DNA from: Deltaproteobacteria bacterium TL4
GTDB taxonomy: Bacteria > SAR324 > NAC60-12
Reading direction: 5' to 3'
NCBI GenBank assembly: GCA_051382335.1
Contig: JBBCAX010000126.1
Location: 1 to 24,902, forward strand
DNA length: 24,902 nucleotides
Part shown: positions 9,801 through 15,914 of the stretch, one piece after another
Numbering within the stretch: position 1 is the stretch's first letter
How the letters are laid out: every line of letters begins with the position of its first letter
The notes under the pieces: generated by a model
The model's database searches: none
The model's input: only the letters and a program-made list of their open reading frames with translations
Told to the model about the DNA's origin: nothing
Program-made: the position numbers and the translations under genes

Positions 9801-10341
9801 AGATCGTCGCTGGAGAGACAAAGTCATTGATGTTCGAAACTGGATGTCTTTTAATGCCAGTGAGCGTTGGCGTGAAACCGATGAAGAAAAAGAATTCTAC
9901 TCAGGTACGAGTACCAAATCCACAGGACAGCAGGAAAAACTGGCTTATACGGTTTTAGCCTCCGCGATTGCGTACCAGTTTGGCTTGGATTGGATCGATG
10001 GCAATGCCCGAGGTTTCCGATTTATTGTGATTGATGAGGCCTTTTCTGTGGGGTCTGATAAAAACACACGCTATGCCTTGGAACTCTTCAAAAAGCTTGG
10101 ACTTCAAGTGTTGATTGTGACGCCATTGCAAAAACTGCATGTGATTGAGCCTTATATTCAAAATGTCCATTTCATCTATAATGAAAATGGTGCCTTTTCT
10201 CAAATTGAAAACCTGCCGATTAAAACCTATCAGGACCAAAAGAAAAATTATCGTCAACAACCTGAAGAGGTGCAGCTTGTAGAGGATGACGAGCCTTTGC
10301 TGACGGAGGATGATCCTCTTGAAGAAGTAGAAAGCGCGTAA
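6889..10341 (+). CDS. jetC: Wadjet JetC / MksB-like SMC ATPase
   Basis: GFRLNWMEIRNWGTF, Walker A GDNGCGKST, long coiled coils, HEKDDR, signature region KSTGQQEKLAYTVLASAIAYQF, Walker B FIVIDEAF, VTPLQK. ATG 6889 has AGGAG at 6875-6879 (ORF track starts at 6865). Confidence 0.92.
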   Translation: MSAENQTKLASGFRLNWMEIRNWGTFDKYVWRMTPEGETSLMTGDNGCGKSTIVDAIVTLLIPHPMITFNKSSGAKKQDRTIYSYLRGAYKNVQDENNKAKAIFLRDDNSYSVLLACFQNKVLNQTITLAQVFWLENHKLVPKKLFIVAHHPLTVENDFTGFGSDIRNLKKKLKEQKGVEVFDSFAQYGNYFRKRVGIDNIQALDLFLQMVSMKKVGVLTNFIRERMIERGHVEPRVNQLCENFENLSQSHDAVLQAEAQLKILEPLVEEATHYRSLGEKKQELERTQASLDQYFARYEIQTLNQQIVTLNFEIENMENSLKTHSQEERRLEHDRLDLKKNMEDSGGARIVVLTQQISNLRELVEKRKQEYAIYQSHAEEVDLPLPDSNEVFQGNRRELVDILNDYEVELKGIEERRLELALSAKTLMNTHKELQTEVDSIKQGKTQIPMILQKFREQLAEALQCAEDEIPYAAELLQVCPEAQEWEGAIERLLHGFGTTLLVPNGLYHEVRDYVNSNRIQVNINGSIRGLRIVYQCAEENMSDQGQEHSHPSELITKIEIKSDHPFRGWLEKQIRERFDYVCCASPRDFDSHRKALTREGQIKTYQRHEKDDRQGLSDRSQFILGWSPQHKVASMEEDLRKVEKEGQLIAAKIADTNTLKNYCEKQKDHAKALQAFKQFENLDFYSLEEQLQQAVAEKKNIESSSDLLRTFQERSKQLDDSIFIQRQLRENLIREHAVVSNRRKHYLDRVQHLEQAILNALEAEKREFVKLDEILKEQFGEAGNSLDNIPAKKLFLQDWIMGQLSETNREINRLGHSMIKRMSQFAAQYPAEVQDFEASLEAMAYWEKLYYQLKREDLPRHKNRFKELLNEGAINGLALFKHQLEREEEDIRKKIEKINESLCQIDYDLGTYIALIIHPILDPEIREFRAELKGCLDQEEGDEDLYNEEKFLKVKALIERFKGREGQSEEDRRWRDKVIDVRNWMSFNASERWRETDEEKEFYSGTSTKSTGQQEKLAYTVLASAIAYQFGLDWIDGNARGFRFIVIDEAFSVGSDKNTRYALELFKKLGLQVLIVTPLQKLHVIEPYIQNVHFIYNENGAFSQIENLPIKTYQDQKKNYRQQPEEVQLVEDDEPLLTEDDPLEEVESA

Positions 10342-10361
10342 CTTCAGCTCCTGATTCGTTG

Positions 10362-10399
10362 ACAGAAAGCCTGGTGCTGCGAGGTGGACCAGGTTCTGT
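10362..10399. terminator. Long hairpin between the convergent jetC and cas6-like genes; possible bidirectional terminator
   Basis: ACAGAA(AG)CCTGGT at 10362-10375 pairs with ACCAGGTTCTGT at 10388-10399; no clear U-tract. Confidence 0.4.
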
Positions 10400-10420
10400 T
10401 CCGTGGACTCATTGCAGAGA

Positions 10421-11413
10421 CTATTCATTTTTAACGAAAAAGAAAGCGCCATGTCCAAAGTGAGTTTGACGTCCGACATGGAAAATAGAGGCTAATTCCA
10501 GATAAGGTAATAGTTCGGGAAGAAGGCCTTCAAGGAAATAGGAAGCGCTACCCCCTTGACCTTCTGAAAAAGAATGAGAACTCTTAGGAGAAGGAATCAC
10601 CGTCGCCGCACAGGCCATTTCCAGGATTTTCAAAAAATCCGTCGTTTCTTCGGAAGAAAGGGAACTCCATGTTTTCTGAGGATCGTAACGTTTTCCATGA
10701 GTGATCTCGCTCCATCGTTCCAAAAGATCTTCCAGTATGAGACATAACACGTGCCGCGAGAGAGGAGCCTCTTCTCCCGTTAAGTGGGATACGGAATATC
10801 GAGGCAGGAAAGGTGTCTGCCATGAAAGCTTTTTGAGCTTTTTGAGACTGAAGGAGATTTCGCTTTCATTATTCCACTGCAAGGAATCGACGGACAGACG
10901 CATATTTAATTTTCCTTGCTCGACCAAAGGCTCCCATTGTCGTCCCTTTGCGATGTAAACAGCGTCGATATCAAAGCGTCCCCACAAGCTGCGTGGTTGT
11001 TTCCAGCGCGGGTCATTTGTATAACCCGCTTCTTCCATGGCTGGTAAAATAGTTTCAAGAAACACCGCATGATCCGCATAATCTCCAAATAGCTTAAGTT
11101 CCCAGACGAGGCATTCGCCTTCTCCAAAATGGCGTTGTTGGGAATGCGTCGAGATGACGGATGACAATGGCCACTCCAAGTCCGGGTCCTTTGTCAACGC
11201 TTCCGAAGCGTCGGACACATTTTGATAAGTCTGCCATCCTGCCACAAACTTTTTCCAACGTTTTGCTTCTTGAGATGAAAGGCGTTCAGCGATGAGGGAA
11301 CCTAGCGTTTTCGAGATTTCAGCATTCGGATGAAGCAGGCTTGCAAAAGAGTTATTCGTTTTCCACACTATCAGATAGCGAATCAACGGAATGGATTTGA
11401 AAGTATTCAACAT
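10421..11413 (-). CDS. cas6: Cas6-like RAMP endoribonuclease (divergent)
   Basis: C-terminal LLPYLELASIFHVGRQTHFGHGAF resembles the Cas6 G-rich loop; internal WELKLFG...LPAMEEAG...GRFDIDAV and LSWQTPF segments fit Cas6; last gene of a RAMP operon. Confidence 0.75.
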   Translation of the reverse strand: MLNTFKSIPLIRYLIVWKTNNSFASLLHPNAEISKTLGSLIAERLSSQEAKRWKKFVAGWQTYQNVSDASEALTKDPDLEWPLSSVISTHSQQRHFGEGECLVWELKLFGDYADHAVFLETILPAMEEAGYTNDPRWKQPRSLWGRFDIDAVYIAKGRQWEPLVEQGKLNMRLSVDSLQWNNESEISFSLKKLKKLSWQTPFLPRYSVSHLTGEEAPLSRHVLCLILEDLLERWSEITHGKRYDPQKTWSSLSSEETTDFLKILEMACAATVIPSPKSSHSFSEGQGGSASYFLEGLLPELLPYLELASIFHVGRQTHFGHGAFFFVKNE

Positions 11414-12263
11414 AAGGAAAAAGCTCGTATAAGAGATGAATGCGGTGTCGTGGCCATTGTTTCATGCGCCAGGATTCAAGCATGTCTTTCACTCGCAGAT
11501 CAACGCTCCCCAAAAAACGTCCCCAATAAAAAGAGTCTTGTTGCGTTTTCGAACTCATTAGTAATTTGTAGAGTTCTTGCTGTTCGTTGGGGCGAAGTAG
11601 CGCGCGAAACAATTCCGCCATTTCCAACAAGTTCAAGAATTCAGAAACCTCAAAAAAATGACGTTTTGCGCTCCCTTTCAAATATTCTAGAATATAACGA
11701 TAGGGGTTGGGATAGAAAAACAATTGGAGATTATGGCTTTTCTGTTGCAGTCGTTGTGGAATCGCTATTCTCAAAAAATCGCCCATATGAATGTCGAGAC
11801 TGTTCCCTATCGACGGAAACACGTACAACTGCCCTTGAACGTCGAGGCCGTGAGCAAGGAGAAAATTTTGCAACCATTGCTTGAGTTGTCGTTGTTGCAA
11901 CGCGACTACAAAGTGAGAGTCGTCTAACACACAGTTGAGAAAAGACGACGCTGCCGATGCGTCCGTTTTTCGCAAATTCCAAGGGATCTCATTTAAGACC
12001 CCCCAAACGAAAACCGCTTGATGAGATCGCTTGTGGTGTCGAGGGGAGCATTGATGTATAAACAGGCAAGCGGGACAATATTTTTTTTTAGGAGCAGGAG
12101 CGTAAATCCCACAGCGCTGACAAGGTACGGAAAGCGCGGAGGGAGGGGAACCAAGCTCGAGATCGTTGTCAACGACCTCTGGCCTTTCCGTCAACAAGGA
12201 GATCGTCGACAATAACTCGGTCCCGTTTTTACTCAAACGCAGCCAATCAAATTTTTTCAGCAT
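11352..12263 (-). CDS. Zn-finger protein, putative highly reduced Cas10-like large subunit
   Basis: C48-x2-C51...C63-x2-C66 (CQRCG...YCPAC), beta-strand AVFVWG, NCVLDDSHFVVAL resembling a decayed GGDD hairpin, helical C-terminus. Overlaps both neighbours. The CDS is solid; the Cas10 call is inference. Confidence 0.5.
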   Translation of the reverse strand: MLKKFDWLRLSKNGTELLSTISLLTERPEVVDNDLELGSPPSALSVPCQRCGIYAPAPKKKYCPACLFIHQCSPRHHKRSHQAVFVWGVLNEIPWNLRKTDASAASSFLNCVLDDSHFVVALQQRQLKQWLQNFLLAHGLDVQGQLYVFPSIGNSLDIHMGDFLRIAIPQRLQQKSHNLQLFFYPNPYRYILEYLKGSAKRHFFEVSEFLNLLEMAELFRALLRPNEQQELYKLLMSSKTQQDSFYWGRFLGSVDLRVKDMLESWRMKQWPRHRIHLLYELFPYVEYFQIHSVDSLSDSVENE

Positions 12264-15200
12264 TCAACACTCTTATCAGCGCATCGCGATGTTGAACAAC
12301 CGAAGTATTTGTCCATTCGGCAAGACGCAACAGTTGCGATGTGCTCTTAGCAGAATTCGAGTAGCGTGCCTCCCAATCAACAAAAGCACTTTCTGGCAAG
12401 AGCTTCATTTTCAAACTTCCGAAACCCAGAGCACGGCATCGTCCCATTTTGTGCGCCAAACCTTCTTCCAGTTGCACACACCAGATCAGCCGTTGCAACT
12501 CCGTTTTTTCGAGATTCCAAAAGCGAATGGCAAAGCGCGCTTTACTTCCCGGCAACATTGCCCGGAAATAAACGGCTTGCGATGAATCAGGCTCGAAACT
12601 TTCGAGCTGTGTCACTGGCGGAGCCAAGGGCGTATGGGGGAAAACGCGCCATCTTTTATCGATCTGCACCATTTGTCTTTTATTCTGTCCTTCTTGCCAA
12701 CCGCCTTTTGTGTAATTCCAGGTTCCATAAGGATAGGGCGCTTGAAACCAGGCAGACGACACTTCGAAAAACACACCGAAATCAAAGGCTAAGCGACCGC
12801 TGAGGGACTGATTGCTGCCTTTGCCCACCCAACCGAACAAACTATCGACGGGATTTAAATGGCTAAGTTCTCGACTTTCGGTTTTAGCATCGGAGGCAAT
12901 TTGATATAAGTGGCGAATTGCGCCTTTGAGACTGAGACTGGGAATCGCATAGGGACGGTTTTCGGTTTTCAAGTCGGCGCGATGAGAGGACAAAGAAAAG
13001 AAATCCCAACCGTTTACCGGGCGTTCGTTGACCATCGCAGAAAACGAAGGTTGACCGCTTTCGGAAATATTGAACGGCGTCAATACTTCGATTTCTCCTT
13101 GCAACATCCCGCAGTAGCCTCCAAACGAGCGATGAGAGATGAAGCCTTCACGAGCGCGAGGAGGCGGTAAGTCTGCTTTTTTCTCTTGGGTAAACAACGG
13201 AGGCAGGGCGTTCAACGTTTCGCGACTTTGAGACGAATCAAGCGTCACTTTTTTCCAGAGGCCTTCCTGCGAGAAGTCACATTTTCCAAATAACGATTGG
13301 CTCACGGCGTTGTGAGTCCGCATCAACCAATCTAATCGAACCAATTCTCCTCGGATCCAACCGAAGCCGTTGCTCCGTTCCCCGCCTAACGGAATGTCTC
13401 GTCGTTGTAAATCGTCCAATAGATGCTTGAACAAAGACAAGGCTTCCAGATCCTGTTGGGTCACATCTTGGAGATCCAATTGAAAACGAAACGACAATTC
13501 CTCGCCAAAGGCAAAGAGGTAATCGCGTTTGGAACCATCGGCTGGTCGTCCTGTTCCAGGATCGACTTTGATTCCGTCCATGGCGCAGAAATCTTTTTCT
13601 GACAACTCCGAACGATTCAAGTAAGCGTCCGAAAATAAAATCAAGCCACGTCGCCCCTGAATACCAAAGAGTCGGGCGAGCAAATCGCTCGTTTTTTTGG
13701 ACTCGCCCCAAAAAGTTTTGAGCAGTTGAGAAGCCCGTTTTCGAAAGGCGCCCTTGATGGTGCTTCCGGGAATATAGATTTCCCAGGATTCTTCCTTGTT
13801 CGACTGTGTCCAGGATAACATGCGCATCGGAATCGTATCGTAAGGTTTGCCATATTGTTTCGATTGGCTAGGATCGTTCAACCCTCCCGAGCGAAAATCC
13901 ATATTATGCGGTTGGGCTAATTCCTGATGCGTGCGATTACGATAGTTTTTCAGGTAGGCGATAAAATTTTGATCGTTCGTAATGCTTTTTTGGAGATTTG
14001 TCCGGTTTGCGATGTGAGGAAACCGCACTCGATTGTGTGCGTCGAGAAATTCTTTCCAGGCTGCCAACTTTAAGCCCTGAGGCGCATTATGGGAATTGCC
14101 CCATTGATCTTCGTCAATTTCCCCTCTGAAAATCATTTCCTTGATTTGCAAGTGATCGGAACGGTTGCTCAATTCCACTTCAACCCACGCGTCGCTCTGC
14201 AATAATTTTTCATTGCGGTCGATTTGCCGATCCAGATCCGGTAGGGCTCGTTTGCATTCTCGCTCTACAATGCGTTGCACGGCTATTTCGTCAGCAATGA
14301 CCGAGGCTAATTCTTCTTCAGCACTTTTGACAAAGCCCAGGTTTGAGGCGATTTCCGTCCACAGGGCTCGATTCAATTGCAAAACGGTTTGGTTTTGTTT
14401 GGTCAACTCTTCGAAGATCCGTTTGTTTTTTTTCGCATTGTCTGCGCCTAAGGCCTCTGAAAGAGCACCTTCCGCCTCCTCTTTGGTGACAAAGGCTTGA
14501 TCGATTAAGGGTTGAATCAGATCCAAGATCTTCTTGGAAAGCGGATATTTCCCTTTTGAGAGTTTGGCGATGTTCTTAGCGGACAAGATCCAGCTTTCCT
14601 TTTCTTGTGTGGCGCCCTTCAGCAAAGAAGCGGTCACCGCTTTGGGAAGCGCGTTCGCCAACTTTTTTTTCCAATCGCTAATGGACAAAATGGGACCGCC
14701 GATCCCCATCGCCAACCGTTCGCGAACGGTGAGGGGCAAGGATTGCATCATTTCGATCAACACACGTCCTTCTACCGTCAGCATCGTCGGCATATTCTCA
14801 TCCAATTTTCCCCAGTTCCATCCGACCAGGATCGGGTTAGCCAAACCAAACTGGAGCGAAAGTGTCAAGTGATTGGCCCGCATCGAATCATCAGGAATAG
14901 CGTCGTCGTTCGGCTGGAAAGGCAAATCCATTTCGAGGTGACATTTTCCCAACCCTCGACTTTTTCCCGCACCAAACCAAAAACGTCCGGCTTTCAATTC
15001 CGACAGGAGATAGTAGAGGCACGTTTGGTTAGCTCCCGATTTCAAAATTCTTTCGTTGACATCAAGCGTCAACTCAAAGGCTGAATTGCGTAAGATCGTT
15101 TCCATCTTATAATTGGCGTTGGCTTCGGCAGCCCACCGATCTTCATCCAGTTTAATCCCCATCCGCAAATCAAAAAAATGAGCGTTGGGGTAATGTTTTT

Positions 15201-15651
15201 CCATAAGTTTACACGTCACTTGATTGATCAGATCGGCTGGCATCCGTTGAGAGTACAACCGTTGCCACAATTGGGGTAGCAAGCCTGTGTTCTTCCCGTC
15301 CTTCGACGTACCAATGAAGGCGTCCATCAGCGATTGCGCCGTTCCTTGGATTTCTCCCGCCAGCGAAACTAAGCGTTGCTTGCCGTCTCCGTCTCGCGTA
15401 AACAAGGTTTTTCTAGCGTTCCCCCGGTAGATAGGCGATTCGGAAAACAGTTTTCCTCGTAGTAACATAAGTGCCTCGTTAAGTTTTTGTATTGTGAAAA
15501 TCATAGAGTTGGGATGAGGAATATTCCGACCTTTGTCAATTATTTTTTGTTCCCATTTTACTTCCGACTTTGGTGGAATCAAGGTGCAAGGCAGATCAAT
15601 GGGTTTCTTGAGCCTTGTTCCTAAAATTCGTAAGTAAAACGGATCTCTCAT
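12247..15651 (-). CDS. Multidomain RAMP protein with three fused Cas7-like domains (type III-like effector backbone)
   Basis: Domain 1 (aa ~62-240): LRGKLFSESPIYRG, RMGIKLD, FGAGKSRGLG. Domain 2 (aa ~262-770): NPILVG, IYIPGSTIKGAFR, RLFG...GLILFSDA, DGIKVDPGTG, LGGERSNGFG. Domain 3 (aa ~845-1085): GMLQGEIEVLTPF, YAIPSLSLKGAIR, SLFGWV...GRLAF, FAIRFWNL, KMGRCRALGFGS. Confidence 0.88.
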   Translation of the reverse strand: MRDPFYLRILGTRLKKPIDLPCTLIPPKSEVKWEQKIIDKGRNIPHPNSMIFTIQKLNEALMLLRGKLFSESPIYRGNARKTLFTRDGDGKQRLVSLAGEIQGTAQSLMDAFIGTSKDGKNTGLLPQLWQRLYSQRMPADLINQVTCKLMEKHYPNAHFFDLRMGIKLDEDRWAAEANANYKMETILRNSAFELTLDVNERILKSGANQTCLYYLLSELKAGRFWFGAGKSRGLGKCHLEMDLPFQPNDDAIPDDSMRANHLTLSLQFGLANPILVGWNWGKLDENMPTMLTVEGRVLIEMMQSLPLTVRERLAMGIGGPILSISDWKKKLANALPKAVTASLLKGATQEKESWILSAKNIAKLSKGKYPLSKKILDLIQPLIDQAFVTKEEAEGALSEALGADNAKKNKRIFEELTKQNQTVLQLNRALWTEIASNLGFVKSAEEELASVIADEIAVQRIVERECKRALPDLDRQIDRNEKLLQSDAWVEVELSNRSDHLQIKEMIFRGEIDEDQWGNSHNAPQGLKLAAWKEFLDAHNRVRFPHIANRTNLQKSITNDQNFIAYLKNYRNRTHQELAQPHNMDFRSGGLNDPSQSKQYGKPYDTIPMRMLSWTQSNKEESWEIYIPGSTIKGAFRKRASQLLKTFWGESKKTSDLLARLFGIQGRRGLILFSDAYLNRSELSEKDFCAMDGIKVDPGTGRPADGSKRDYLFAFGEELSFRFQLDLQDVTQQDLEALSLFKHLLDDLQRRDIPLGGERSNGFGWIRGELVRLDWLMRTHNAVSQSLFGKCDFSQEGLWKKVTLDSSQSRETLNALPPLFTQEKKADLPPPRAREGFISHRSFGGYCGMLQGEIEVLTPFNISESGQPSFSAMVNERPVNGWDFFSLSSHRADLKTENRPYAIPSLSLKGAIRHLYQIASDAKTESRELSHLNPVDSLFGWVGKGSNQSLSGRLAFDFGVFFEVSSAWFQAPYPYGTWNYTKGGWQEGQNKRQMVQIDKRWRVFPHTPLAPPVTQLESFEPDSSQAVYFRAMLPGSKARFAIRFWNLEKTELQRLIWCVQLEEGLAHKMGRCRALGFGSLKMKLLPESAFVDWEARYSNSAKSTSQLLRLAEWTNTSVVQHRDALIRVLNAEKI

Positions 15652-15818
15652 TTTGAAAGGAAACTATTAGAGTTTAGGCGAATATTCATCACCCCACCAG
15701 AGAGTGTTTCAGATTCAGAAAAACATTTTAAATAAATAAGCGAACCATGAGTAATAACAAGTCAAAAAAGCATGGAGTAAATAAACAGACGCACCCTATC
15801 CCCTTATCCTTTTTTACA

Positions 15819-15847
15819 TTGCAATCTTACTCCCCATTGGCTATACA
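15819..15847 (+). promoter_or_regulatory. Candidate sigma70-type promoter for the chemosensory operon
   Basis: TTGCAA (15819-15824), 17-nt spacer, TATACA (15842-15847); imperfect -10. Confidence 0.3.
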
Positions 15848-15914
15848 GATTTAAGCCCATTATTTGTTGGGGGAGAAATTCTTTCAAACCAGTTCGGCAA
15901 TTTCAAGGTTTTTT

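Noticed and set aside
10342..10420. jetD remnant or mini CRISPR array after jetC
   Set aside because: Only 79 nt, no Toprim-like translation recognised and no repeated unit; just one hairpin.
9955..10479. 174-aa minus-strand ORF continuing the Cas operon antisense to jetC
   Set aside because: Mostly overlaps the conserved JetC C-terminal ATPase motifs and has no recognisable motifs; likely a shadow ORF.
11330..11884. 184-aa plus-strand ORF and the other short overlapping ORFs in the track
   Set aside because: Antisense or out-of-frame to longer motif-bearing genes, with no protein-like features.
12247..15651. Canonical type III-E Cas7-11 (gRAMP)
   Set aside because: Only three Cas7 motif sets, shorter protein, no large insertion in the last Cas7, no csx29/csx30/csx31 neighbours, and separate Cas6-like and Cas10-like genes are present.
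15652..15914. CRISPR array or leader-repeat upstream of the Cas7x3 gene
   Set aside because: No direct repeats with spacers on either strand; the lone TGAAAC and ATTGCAAT words on the minus strand are not repeated.
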